A stretch of DNA of 55,498 bases, the filler included, from Sluysia triapertura (taxonomy: Eukaryota), in NCBI GenBank assembly GCA_046118255.1. It is 4 parts of 4 records of this genome, joined end to end, with 100 filler letters (N's around TTAATTAATTAA, not from the genome) between each part and the next. Parts side by side here need not be neighbours in the genome. Positions count along the whole stretch, not along the records: positions 12,862 to 23,850 come from JBJNIA010190497.1; positions 23,951 to 40,908 come from JBJNIA010194711.1; 2 more parts are not named here. One strand, written 5' to 3'. The number at the start of each line of letters is the position of its first letter. Within the stretch, counting starts at the first letter, position 1. The position numbers and the translations under genes are program-made. Positions 14,661-26,501 of the stretch are shown piece by piece. The notes under the pieces are model-generated. The model did not search any database. It was not told where the DNA came from and worked only from the letters and a program-made list of their open reading frames with translations.

Positions 14661-17600
14661 GATTACTACGATAATTTAATTTTATTTTGTTTTAAATTAT
14701 AAAATTATTCATACATTAATCCTGATTTTCTTTGAAATACTTTAATGAAAGATTTTACTTAATATCAAATTTCATGTTTGATGAACAAAGGTTTACGAAA
14801 TAATAAATAATTCTATAAAAGATAACTATTTATATTAATTCATTTGTAATTTATATTCAGCACAAGTTTTCTACATTCTATTTTTGTTTTCTTTAGTTTT
14901 TCTTAATTTGATTACATTTTTGATTCATTCCTTTATTAATCACTTAAGTTACTGTGATTATTGACAGATTTTAATATAATTTTCTTTAAAAAATACAATC
15001 ATTTCGTATCTGTATTTACTGCTTTTTGTTTTAATGTTTTTAGAAATAATCATGATGTATTACCGGTATAGCCAGTAATCCTAACTATCCAAAAATAAAA
15101 CCATAGAAAATTTCCTGATTATTTTTATAAATGTAAAGAAAGAAATATCTAAAAATATAGTTTTCAATAAGTATTTATAATGGTATTAGTATTAAAAATA
15201 AATATTATGTCTTAAATGTGATTCTGTCTCATTTTAATTTTGAAAACTAAAAACAGGCTTTAAAAATATTAACTCATTCAGTACCAATATTCCCATTTGG
15301 GATACCTCTGTTTTTTCTAAAATACCGATAAAATTGCATGTTTTATATTTTGCACAAATTTTCAATATAAATTACTATTTTATTAAGAAATAATTTTTTG
15401 TTATTTTTTGCATGTTACATTTGCATAACCTTCTAAAATATATGCATAAAAATTATAACAATTGGACTTAATGGGTAATATTATTGTAATAATAAAGATA
15501 TTTCGAAGAGGTAGCTAAACGAGGAAAATGAGGTTCCACGAACAGTTTATTAATTGGAGATCAAGAAATGGAAAATCAAGTTAAACTCATAATTCAGGAT
15601 ATTAAATTATTAGTAAAATTGGAAATTTTCAAAGGTAATTTAAAACTATTTCCACAAATTATCTTTCAGTTATTTACGCCTAATGTTTACTATCAGATCA
15701 TCGAAGATGTAAAAATGTGCATAAAGAAATGTTTATTACACAGAATTGCACATACACTTAATAATGTTCCTTAAATCTATGGAAATCGTGCTCTTAAGAC
15801 AAAAATATATTAAGGTAAGTATTTAATACGAGCTTCTACATCTTAAATTTAGTCGTCATTTTGATCTTAATCTTCGTAATATACACTCTAATGTTATTCA
15901 TTTTATCAAACTGTGCTAGCGCCATACTAACCTTGTCAAAATGAATAATATTCACCATTACGAACGGTGTCAAACTAGCAAGCACTACAAATGTTGGCAG
16001 CTCTATGTTATTTTTATATATAAAATAACTTATGAAAATCAAACAAATTACGGATATATTCATAAATTTGGTACTTAAATAAAATATAAAAACAAAAATG
16101 AGTGAAATGAAATTTAAATAGAGGAAAAAATTTAATAAATAATAAATAAATAAAGTTTTATTCGTTTATTTATTTTATTTTTGAGTTATATCATATAATT
16201 GTTGTACCGATTAATCGTATCATTTAATTTCTTATATTTTTGTCCGAGAATAAAGGAGAAACAATTAATTAAAGAAATAATTATTGAAATAAAAATTGTA
16301 CTTCTTTTCCATTTAGCATATTTTATCTAAATGACCTTTGTGAAATATTTCTTTTAATATTTTGGTTGTCTTATAGGTAAAGGTAAGTGACATGACAAAT
16401 GTGAATGGTTTTATTATTGTTTTTCTCATAAAGAATGAAAGTGATACGAAATGACTGTAGAGCTTGAGTGAGATATGAAAAAACCTACTTTAAGAGAAGA
16501 CTATTTAAATGAATTTTCGTTCATTGTAGAAATTCAAAATACAGTAATTCATTTTAAACAACTTTTAATGCTGTTAGACATCTATTTATATGTTAATCAA
16601 TTGTGTACGATAATGTAAATAATGTAAATAAGGTGTACAAATAGCACGTCACTAAAATTTATATTATAACAACGAAATTAAGACAAATGTAACATAGTCA
16701 TCAAACATAGTATACAAATGATTCAGATACTTATTAAAATCAAAGAAATAATAAATTAAATAATTCGATACATGTTATAGATTATTATTTTATTACAGTG
16801 ATATGAAACGTTCGTTAAACAAATTCATTTTGACATTAATAATTATTTGTTTTTATTTGTTTAAGCAAACAAAATAATACTAACATTGAATTTGTATTAG
16901 AAAAAACTTGTACAACTAATGATCATTTTCTAGTTCAGATTAAAAATCAATAATTAATGTAAATTGTATTTCAGTAATTGTTGTTTAATAAATTTATAGT
17001 AATTATTCCAGTATTTTATTGCATTTGTTATAGAAAAATGGATTTATTGATGTATTATCCACAAATAATAAGGCATTTTTTAATTTAGTTTGATATATTT
17101 TATCAGATTCACTACTATATAATGAATCTGAAGTAATAATTTTAAATACTTACATTATAAAAGTTGTGAATCTCTTAACTATCTTTGACTATCTTTAAGA
17201 CAACAATTTATAGTGATAATAAAGGATTTGTTTGTTTAGAAATAGTTAAATATTAAATCATTAAAATATTAAGGAATATTTGCAAATGTTGAGTTTTTAT
17301 TTTCAGAAATACTATCAATAGTAAAATATTTTTATAACTTTTGAGTAAATGTTTTATAATATTGTATAAATTAATAGGTTAATAATTCTAATAAAATAAC
17401 TTCAAAAAACTGTTATAATAAAAATATTCCATTAAAAATGTAAAACTCGCATTTTATTCGACATAATCCGAGTTATAAATGATCTATTACATGTTAAATA
17501 TTATTTTTGTGTATTATATTATTTAGAAGTTAAAAAATTTTTCGATTATATTCTAATATCTCAACTAAAGTGTTTTTAAGTTCAAAGTCGCAAAATGTCT

Positions 17601-19088
17601 GGATGGTTATCATCAAACACATGTATATGTAGTAAGAGTACTTTTATTAATGTTTGCAATTACGTCACATGTCAGATAACCTTGTAATGATTTTAAATTA
17701 ACTAAAATATGTTTATCTAAAATAAATAAAATGTATTCCTTTGCTACTATTAGAACCGTATGTATTTTATCAACATTTTATAATTTTTCAGCACCGTCAC
17801 TTTTATAATCAGCAAGTAGATATAAACTTATAGATATAAATATATATAAGCCTTTTTCGCTAACGGTAATTCCTTATTACGAACAATGCAAATGTTGTTT
17901 TGTAATCTATTAAGCATTTATTACAGCTATTATGTTGTATTGCTTTATTTTCAATAAAATGTTTTGAATTGTATTTAAAAGAAAGAAAACAATGTGTTTT
18001 TATTAAGTAATACGAAGCCAAATGAAATACATGTAAAACATATAGTATGTACTGAACTTGAAATAAATGCTATAGAAAGTACTAATAGCATGCACTGATA
18101 AAATGGTTTGGAAATCAATAATAAATGAACCACAATATTAAAATATGTTGAAATAAAAGTACGAAATATAAAATGCTATAGGGGTTCACAAAAGAACATG
18201 GAGGAAATTATTAATGATATAGTTAAAAGTTTAAATAGAAATTAAAGAAAATATCAAATATTCGAAAATTTATTTGTAAGAATAAGGCTAAACTAATTGT
18301 TCATTTATTGACAACTAATAATATAGATTTTAATAATGATAGATTTTATTCAATTCCATGCAGAGAAGCGCAAACATTGCGATTATTGAATCAATCAACA
18401 AAACTAATTTTCAAGTAGAACATATCATATAATACCTTATCTTGAACTAGATTGATTTTCGATGTAATTAAGAATAGAAATCGAAATCATGATAATAATT
18501 ATGAATGTCCTATATCACTTGAAAATAGTAAAATATTCCGAAACCTCCGAGTACCCTTGAGATATTCAATTTAGACGGAATCTATAATGATAATAAAATA
18601 GTTTATATACCATTTTTGTTTAAAAATATACAATCACATACTGGATAATTTTAAATTACTGGAAGTTTATGAAATATTTAAGAAAAAGTTCATTCTATTT
18701 CAGAAATATTATAATGAATGATTTATTTTATTTACTTATTTATTAAAATTTATTTACGGCTTAATAATAATAATAGTATTAGTAATTATAAAAATAGTAG
18801 TAGTAGTAGTAATAGTAGGAGTAGTTTGTTTATTGTTCTTACACTTAAATGATTATCACTAATACTTTAGTCTTAATCCGTTTCCAGGAAACTAAATTTT
18901 CCAACAATACCAAATTATTACAATGGTATCATAATTCTAATCGAGATCTGATGAGATTATATTTTGAATATCATTTCACGTAGTATTTTCCACTAATATT
19001 GTACTATGAACAATAATTTCTTGAATTCTTTTCTTCAATAATCTTTCTGTCGTTAATATCAATTATACGACCAATTTCTTTCAATAGT

Positions 19089-19188
19089 NNNNNNNNNNNN
19101 NNNNNNNNNNNNNNNNNNNNNNNNNNNNNNNNNNNNNNNNNNNNNNNNNNNNNNNNNNNNNNNNNNNNNNNNNNNNNNNNNNNNNNNN
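19089..19188. other. 100-N scaffold gap with duplicated flanks
   Basis: 19011-19088 is repeated at 19189-19266, typical of an unmerged contig overlap. Confidence 0.9.
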
Positions 19189-20012
19189 AATAATTTCTTG
19201 AATTCTTTTCTTCAATAATCTTTCTGTCGTTAATATCAATTATACGACCAATTTCTTTCAATAGTTAAAATCATAAACGATTTTAATTACGTATTCTAGT
19301 CAGAATATGGCCACTTTCATATATTTATTAGTTAATTTTTTCCTATAATGTTGGTTTAGTCATTTAATTTAATTATTAATCAATTAATTAATTGATTTGT
19401 ATTTGTTTATGCTTGTTTGTATTTGTTTTTCATTTCCATTTTACTAAAATTGTATGATATTTCATTTTTTTCGGTGCTTCCTCTTATTTCACCACCTCCT
19501 CTATTTGCTAATTAAGTTTGATAAGTTCCACTCCATGTTTTGTTTTTGTTTTCTTAAATTAAGTGCTTTTTTGAGAAATTTTTAAAATGTTTCTATATTT
19601 TCAGCAGTTTTTTAAAATTTAGTTTATTACGATTTATTTTAATTTTTAATTATTTCTTTATTTATTTATCTTGCAATAAAATTTCTAAGGTAGTCTAAGA
19701 AAACCAAAGAGATCAGATACATTCAAGTCAATTATTTTATGAGAAACATTTTCGTAATTTAATTGATATTTGTCTTTTAATTCACTGAATTTCTAAGTGA
19801 ACACAATTTATATTAATTCGTCAGGAAGTCTTACATATTTATTTTCATAAGTATTCATTAAATTATATCGAAGGTTAACGATTCTTAGAATATTTAAGAA
19901 CATTGATTCATATATTTTAATAATTACATAATAATTCACGTATTCACTAAGGATACAAATAAAAATATTTAATAAATATTATCTACTATAAATTCTACTC
20001 TTTTGTCTATAG

Positions 20013-20127
20013 ATATATCAACCAATTCCAAATCAAACTACTGTCATTATACAGCAACCTTCAAATGTAAGTAATGTTCGCGATTGGAGCAGTGGATTAT
20101 GTGCTTGTTGTGATGATTGTGCTGTTT
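20013..20127 (+). CDS. PLAC8/cornifelin-family protein, exon (partial gene)
   Basis: AG at 20011-12, GTAAGT at 20128; translates IYQPIPNQTTVIIQQPSNVSNVRDWSSGLCACCDDCAV, carrying the diagnostic V..QP...W.SGL..CCDD motif. A possible further exon at 20225-20280 (..MSKIRGKHK|GTACGT) resembles the R..IR..Y/H motif. Confidence 0.85.
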
Positions 20128-20965
20128 GTAAGTTCTTAATTTATTGTTAACTTTTATCACTATTAAAATTGTATGTATAATTCAATTATAAATTATAATT
20201 CAATAACACTATTTTTTTCGGAAGCCTGTCAACATTTCTTCACTATGTACACAATGTCTAAAATTCGAGGCAAACATAAAGTACGTATCAGTGTACCGAG
20301 TTTTAATAATATTTTACAGAAACCATTAAATAAGAATTTCAAATATTGCGATTTCGGTGATTATAATATAGTCAAAGATGAGATTTTAAAGGAGAAACAA
20401 ACCTTTGCAAAAACTCGAAATACATTTGATTTAGACCGACATAATTTAGGATATAATGCTGATATTTTTGATTCTCAATTTTGGTCTTCATTTTTATTTA
20501 TAATTCACTTCAGACAATTTGTTAAATTCTTTATTTTAACTAAAAATGTCTTTCGAATCGGATATAAAACTTCAAGAAGAACACGAAATTTGTTTAAAAT
20601 TTTTCAATACATAAATGATAGACTAGTCATTTTAAATGTGATTGACAAATATAGTCAACAACTTTTAGGAATATTGAAAAACTTATATATATTAATAATG
20701 TGACATTTTTTAAAGCTGAAAATGTATTCACGATGAAATGGTATATATTAAAAATGAACAATGTTAAAGAAAATGATATGCATGTTTTAGATGTAAGTGG
20801 TAATCACTGATATTTTTTTGGCCAATTAAAAACCACATAGAGTTAGTTATAAAATTAATGAACATTGCAAAAAACATTACATTTAAAAAGCTTTTTATGC
20901 ATTTTGAAAATTTTTAAAATTTTTGTTAGCTGCAATAAATCATTCGGAGATGTGTTACGAATTAA

Positions 20966-21493
20966 TTTTCTTATGCATCCTCGGACGTTACGAAGGATAT
21001 TAGACAATATGCTAGAGTTCTTAATGCAGACACATCTGAACAGGTTCGACTTTGTATCGACGATAGGTTTAAGCAATGTTTTGAAAAGCAGTTAGAAAAG
21101 TATATCACAAGTGTCATGACAGAATATAGGTTTTACTACAATTTAAATTTGTTTAATCTTGATGCCTACGGATTTCCAGCGCTGCGTTATTACAAAGATC
21201 TGATCATCTCAAAAATTTTAGTCTTCAAATTAATACTATCTTCATTGTATCACATATTTGCTAAAGCACACCAATGCATTTTAAAAACAGATTTTAAGGT
21301 TAACTCAGAATTAATGTTTTGTATTGAAGATGTTCATACATTGGAACCAGATCATTTTTTAGTTCATTTTGATTGTGCTGTTGTTAGACGCATGCTATGT
21401 GATGCTGATCTTCGTTTTAATAAGCATTACCTGAAATCTAAAGGTAAAGCTCATTGGATTTTCGAAAATTCACGTTCCAATGCTAGCATCTGA
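20966..21493 (+). CDS. Unknown intronless open frame (about 175 codons) at the head of the second Polinton relic
   Basis: The frame of ORF 21116..21493 stays open upstream to 20966, which is long for this AT content; no motif recognised. Confidence 0.4.
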   Translation, partial: FSYASSDVTKDIRQYARVLNADTSEQVRLCIDDRFKQCFEKQLEKYITSVMTEYRFYYNLNLFNLDAYGFPALRYYKDLIISKILVFKLILSSLYHIFAKAHQCILKTDFKVNSELMFCIEDVHTLEPDHFLVHFDCAVVRRMLCDADLRFNKHYLKSKGKAHWIFENSRSNASI

Positions 21494-21559
21494 GTGTATT
21501 AATGTCAAAACACTTTATGAAAGTCAGAAAGGTAGAAGAGATCGGTTAGAAGTTGTAGG

Positions 21560-22500
21560 TTATGTGTTTTTTCGTTTTTAAAAAGAAATGTACCTTTTCA
21601 AGACTGGAATGTTCAGTCGGACCATAGGAATGAGATCATTCCTGAACTTGGGCAGAAATTCAATGTTGAACAATTATGCATCCACGAAGTTATATTGTTT
21701 TTAAAATACGAAATGGAGTCTTGTTTTTGCTTTTATTTTGAATTTTGTAATGTTTCGAAGAAAGGTCTTAAGCCTATTTTTAATGATTTTAATTTTGTAA
21801 ACAAAAATAATAAAAAAGGCCTAAACCGTTTTTTATTGATTATAATTTTAGAGAATTTAATGGTAATGAATTATCTTATACTTAAAATTTAGAACGAACC
21901 TTAAGTCCATAATAAGTAATATTCCTTTTTATAATGTAAATTTCAAATTAACCCGGCCATTTTTTCATCAGAAAATAGATATTTTGAAACTGATATTCCA
22001 CCTAAAGCTAAATATTGACATTTTCTAATGGAAAAGTTGAACGAGTGTAACAAAAAGTAATGTTTCAATGGAGATTATTTCTATCGAAGATGTGTTAATT
22101 AAAAATTGAGTTGAGATGTTTTGGTATATTCGAAATTAAGATGAAAATAAAATGTTTTTATCAATTAAAGATAATTATGATGCAGTTGTAAATAAAGATG
22201 CAGTAGTTTACTTAGAATATTATTGTAATATATTTGATGAAGAAATATTACACGCAGCAGAAACACTTATTCAGTGGAACTTAATTCATCAAATAATGTA
22301 TTGGAAATAAAAATTATCAATATGTTTAGAAATATTAAAAAATGGAACTCGTGATAAACATAAACGGTAAATATGAAACATCCAATTTATTTTCTTGAAT
22401 TGTTAATCTGTAAAAAGTATCGAAGTTAATATTCGTGATGTTTCAGGAAAACTAATTTTTTTCTTATGGAAGCAAAAGAAGTTAAACTATTCATTTAAGA
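21560..22500 (+). pseudogene. Degraded Polinton minor capsid (penton) protein
   Basis: N-terminus SFLKRNV..NVQSDHRNEIIPEL..VEQLCIHEVI (cf. LPSN..N..SDF...L...EVAL.EI); YYCNIFDEEI (cf. YCDIVE.Q); C-terminus IEVNIRDVSGKLIF..VKL.HLR (cf. IEI.IRD..G..I.F..G...LHFR); lies directly upstream of core/MCP. Confidence 0.7.
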
Positions 22501-22743
22501 AAAATATTATGAATCACGAAATTACCGTATTTTCTAGATGAAGGATATGTTAAAGGTGGTTTTCCTTTGGTTATTTGACTTGGATGTTTGAAAGGTGGAA
22601 TTCCAGAAAATAAATTAGTGGACAGCACTCTATAAACATGGAATTCAAGTTGATGTAGTTAGAATGTTTCTGGACGCAATAAAAGTTAGCCAATTCAATT
22701 AAAAACACGAAAAGCTATAATCAACCAAAAAATGTTTAATGAG

Positions 22744-22960
22744 ATGTGCAAAAATTAATTTGCATTTCTGATCGTCTAACTCATCAAGTTATTATACAAA
22801 GGCATCGTTTCAAAATATTTATCCTATAAATGTAATAAATAATAGTAATGGAGATGTAAAATTTAAAATACCAGCATCATAAGCTGAATTTCTTGATCTT
22901 AATGATATATTATTATTATTTACTGAGTTGAAAGTGACACATTTTCATGGTGTCACTTAA
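22744..22960 (+). pseudogene. Second Polinton major capsid protein copy (N-terminal fragment only)
   Basis: ISDRLTHQVIIQ..FQNIYPINVINNSNGDVKFKIPAS*AEFLDLNDILLLFTELKVT; nucleotide-level similarity to the copy at 7760-7970 (CTTAATGATATATTATTATT..TGAGTTGAAAGT). Confidence 0.85.
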
Positions 22961-23359
22961 TCATTGCATAATCAATCATGGTATTGCATAATCAATCATG
23001 GAAGTATTATGGAAAAACATAATTTTATCATTTGAGTTTAAGGTCGAAAAATCAATAATAGAAAATATTCTGAATTAAAATTCATGTTTCACAGAATATA
23101 TGGCATTAAAAAACGTAAAATCAAATTAAATGATGTGCAATGTGTTATTCATTGTTGAATTTATTCGATGTTTACTTGAAATTACAAAGAAATAAAGCTT
23201 TTTATTGTTCCGTTAAAGTGAATGATTACAGAACACCGTTGTCTTGTTGTTACATGTCTTCATTATCATGTTATCATCTTTGTTTCGTCTGAGGACTTCA
23301 TTGTTTACATACATCATCAATATCTTTACTTAGTTCGAGTAGAACTTTGTGGTGTTTAG

Positions 23360-23470
23360 CTGATCTGGGAACATCATGGTTAATTCTACTTGATTAGCAT
23401 GCATCGTCATCTTTGTTGGGACTGAATAAAGCATTGTTTGTACCAGGTCCATAGAATTGTCGAACAACTT
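23360..23470 (-). pseudogene. Possible parvoviral-type phospholipase A2 (PLA2X-like) motif
   Basis: VRQFYGPGTNNALFSPNKDDDAC*SSRINHDV resembles Y.GPGT.....P.N.LD.AC..HD; adjacent to the Polinton capsid genes. Spacing to HD is imperfect. Confidence 0.45.
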
Positions 23471-23850
23471 GCTTAATTTGTATTTTCTCAAAAATCTTAC
23501 AGATATTTTATTTATTATAAAATTTTTTAACGCTAATTCCTAATATTGTGAATTGCATCTTGGTAGCCATAATCATTTTCTTTCAATTTATAGGTGTTAA
23601 TTTTACTGGCACAATTGGCCAAATTGTATTGTCTGAATTTTGACACGTTATGATGTAACTGTCAATTATTCCATCATCCATGTTATGTTGATTAATTTTT
23701 GCCAAGGCCATTGTAGATTATTATTATTATAATTGGCTATTATTATTATGATTTCAATTATGACGGATTAAAAACATGCATAAACTGCACAATAATTTTG
23801 GCAATTATTCTTTTGTAATACTTGTCTCGTCATTATTAATATTAATATTA

Positions 23851-23950
23851 NNNNNNNNNNNNNNNNNNNNNNNNNNNNNNNNNNNNNNNNNNNNTTAATT
23901 AATTAANNNNNNNNNNNNNNNNNNNNNNNNNNNNNNNNNNNNNNNNNNNN
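23851..23950. other. Artificial contig linker
   Basis: N44-TTAATTAATTAA-N44. Confidence 0.95.

Positions 23951-24024
<74 letters not shown>
23951..24024. repeat. Head-to-head (AAT)n/(ATT)n palindromic microsatellite
   Basis: The AAT run switches to an ATT run at ~23981. Confidence 0.9.
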
Positions 24025-25625
24025 CGTTGCAAAATTAAAATAATTTCACTTGAAATGTACCAGTTTCACAACATTATCTTTACTTAAAATTTTCAAAGCG
24101 TTAATCATTTTAAAAAATTAAAACGTTCTTTCTCTCTTAGCCCAAAATTGAATATTTATTAGTTATAACTTTAAGATTCTATTTAACAAGGTTTAGTTGC
24201 TATGTGTATATTATGAAATTATATTTACAAATTTTCATAAATTCTAACGGCTGAATGTCGTCAAATAATAAAACTTTTAAGCTTATTCATGTTATTAGAT
24301 TATATTTCGGCTAGTGATTTATTTTAACTTGACTTTGTTGGTAAGGTGGACGTGAAATGTTAATAAATTTTTTGAAGTTTATATCAAAAATGTAGGTTAG
24401 AATTTATTCAAAATTTATTCAAATGCACAATAATTTATTCAAAATTTTTATAAAATATATTTAGAACTTATGTTAATAATGTGTCAAATATATAAACAAA
24501 AAAACTATGCGACATATTTAATTTATATTATTAATACAAATTAATTTTGATTTTGTTTTATTTTACTTATGTCTGAGAATCTAGCTATCCAGGTGTTTTA
24601 ATTAAGATGTGTAATTAAATATTTCAGTTGATAAATATGTATGTCAGATACTAAATTGCTCATCAATATTATATTTATAATATATTCTCTTTTACACATC
24701 GTTAATAAGAAAAGCAATATTTTCTTTAGTCACTATAATATAGTAAATTTCTAATTTCTGTGGTACTTTTGTCAGTTAATCTCTCTCAAATAGCTCTTGC
24801 GGTTGTGCGGCAAATTTCATTATACAGTTAATATGAACTAATGTCATCTTAATGCATTTATTCTTACGAGTTTATGCCCAGTTACTTCTATGTAATTTCA
24901 TTATATATTATAATTATTTGCATATTGTACATCACTATTTATTAATGATTTAATTTTATTAATATTTTAGGACTTTTTGTTTTTGCATTGTTCCCATTTC
25001 ATCTTTAGTTCTCGCTAAACAAGTGTGGTACATTCTCAACCACGTTTATACGACCGACTTCTTTTTACTTAGACTTTTTTTGCTGTATATTGAAATATTT
25101 TCAAGATATATTTGTTATGATTTATCTTTTCTTATTATAGTATAAATGATATATTAAAGAGTAAGTTTCCGTTTTAATTATTCAATTTATAATTTATATT
25201 TTATAAATATACTGTTTAATCAATTTAATTTACAATACAGTAATATTCACAATATATAAAAACCGAAATACACTTCAGACTAAATTTTAGAAAATTTTCC
25301 TCAAAATTATCCATTATGCTTTCTCAACGACTTCTCTTGTATGTCTTGTATGTCTTGTATGGGCCNNNNNNNNNNNNNNNNNNNNNNNNNNNNNNNNNNN
25401 NNNNNNNNNNNNNNNNNNNNNNNNNNNNNNNNNNNNNNNNNNNNNNNNNNNNNNNNNNNNNNNNNTTTTAATAGAAGGTGTATTATTTGCTCAAATTTAG
25501 ATAAATTATTATTAAGTTTATTCGAAAAATTTTTATTTGAAATTATAAATTTGCGACAATAAAGTAAAGCACAAACCAATTTTATCAGGATCATTGGTCT
25601 CCATCTTTCTTGTACTTGAAAAGCC

Positions 25626-26243
25626 TTAATTGTATGTCAGTCGTTGCCAATGTTTGGGTGTCGTGTGATTGCTTTCGCGGTAATTTTTCCGCTGCGAACA
25701 GCGACGATAATTAAGTCTGAGATTAGTGTTTACATAGTCTTTATTGTAACCAAAATTAGAAGCATGGATTCGTTTGTTCGTACGACCGCGATATAACTGG
25801 CTTGAAACGTCAGCGTTGGAATTGTTACTAAAGTCCTGCGTAGAATATTGTTTCATATGACTTTCATTGAAAAGGGTACCACTTGTTTGACTAAGATTTC
25901 GAAGATTTTTGGCGTTCTTCTGTTTCGCATAGAATTTCTTATTATTTCGATCACCCAAATGTGACCGAATTGCATCCGGAGCATTTGAAGTAGCACGATG
26001 GAAACCAAAATCCGTATCATAAATTTGCTTCTGTTTCGCATTGAATTTCATATTACCGCGATCATCCAAGTGTGACTGAAATACATCATGATCATTTGAA
26101 GTTGAAGGATTGAAACCAAAATCCGTAGCATGAGTGTGCATAATATCTTCTCGATTCATATGATGAGAATCTCCATTATTTAGATGATCAAAATCATTGG
26201 GGAGAACACCATTGTCATAAAATCGAAAATGTTTCCCACGCAT
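25626..26243 (-). CDS. Orphan 205-aa hydrophilic His/Asn/Asp-rich protein with two ~38-aa internal repeats; diverged paralog at ~27094-27510
   Basis: Longest ORF in the window; repeats TDFGFNPSTSNDHDVFQSHLDDRGNMKFNAKQK and TDFGFHRATSNAPDAIRSHLGDRNNKKFYAKQK. The frame continues past the TAA as GFSSTRKMETNDPDKIGL, and the paralog reads HGFSSSRTMENNDPDKIGL. Confidence 0.5.
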   Translation of the reverse strand: MRGKHFRFYDNGVLPNDFDHLNNGDSHHMNREDIMHTHATDFGFNPSTSNDHDVFQSHLDDRGNMKFNAKQKQIYDTDFGFHRATSNAPDAIRSHLGDRNNKKFYAKQKNAKNLRNLSQTSGTLFNESHMKQYSTQDFSNNSNADVSSQLYRGRTNKRIHASNFGYNKDYVNTNLRLNYRRCSQRKNYRESNHTTPKHWQRLTYN

Positions 26244-26429
26244 ATTTGGACCATGATAACTGTTAATATGGCCATTGAAAATATGACGAGATGAGGAAGC
26301 TGCTAATTTCTATAAATTTTGATTTTTGGCTTTTTGAAGAAATAATAATACACTTATTTCTCGACAAAGCTATTATATTATTATTTCAAGTTAGTGCTAG
26401 AATAGTTTGATTTTAAATCAAAATCAAAA

Positions 26430-26501
26430 AGTTCCCACCGAGATTTGAACTCGGGTCACTGGATTCAAAGTCCAGAGTGCTTACCGCTACACCATTGTTA
26501 T
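26430..26501 (-). tRNA. tRNA-Gln(TTG), probable pseudogene (5' acceptor strand replaced)
   Basis: Reverse complement ATGGTGTAGCGGTAAGCACTCTGGACTTTGAATCCAGTGACCCGAGTTCAAATCTCGGTGGGAACT followed by a T-run terminator. D, anticodon and T arms and the A/B boxes are intact, but positions 1-7 (ATAACAA) pair at only 3 of 7 positions with TGGGAAC. Confidence 0.9.

Noticed and set aside
1814-16063. Short hydrophobic I/L/F/K-rich ORFs (e.g. 1814..2092, 12593..12817, 14254..14490, 15836..16063)
   Set aside because: Composition is what AT-rich non-coding DNA yields by chance; no motifs.
19004-19261. ORF with a duplicated peptide LKEIGRIIDINDRKIIEEKNSRNY
   Set aside because: The duplication flanks a 100-N gap and is an assembly overlap.
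19480-19640. WH2-like actin-binding motifs (LNFKKT, LNLRK) on the minus strand
   Set aside because: Too short and K/L/N-rich; expected by chance in AT-rich DNA.
21520-21640. Polinton integrase C-terminus
   Set aside because: Only a vague VG.YV..K..F resemblance; another frame fits the minor capsid N-terminus better and no DDE core is visible.
24760-25060. Mariner N-terminal HTH remnant
   Set aside because: Only scattered 3-5 residue matches; not supportable without a search.
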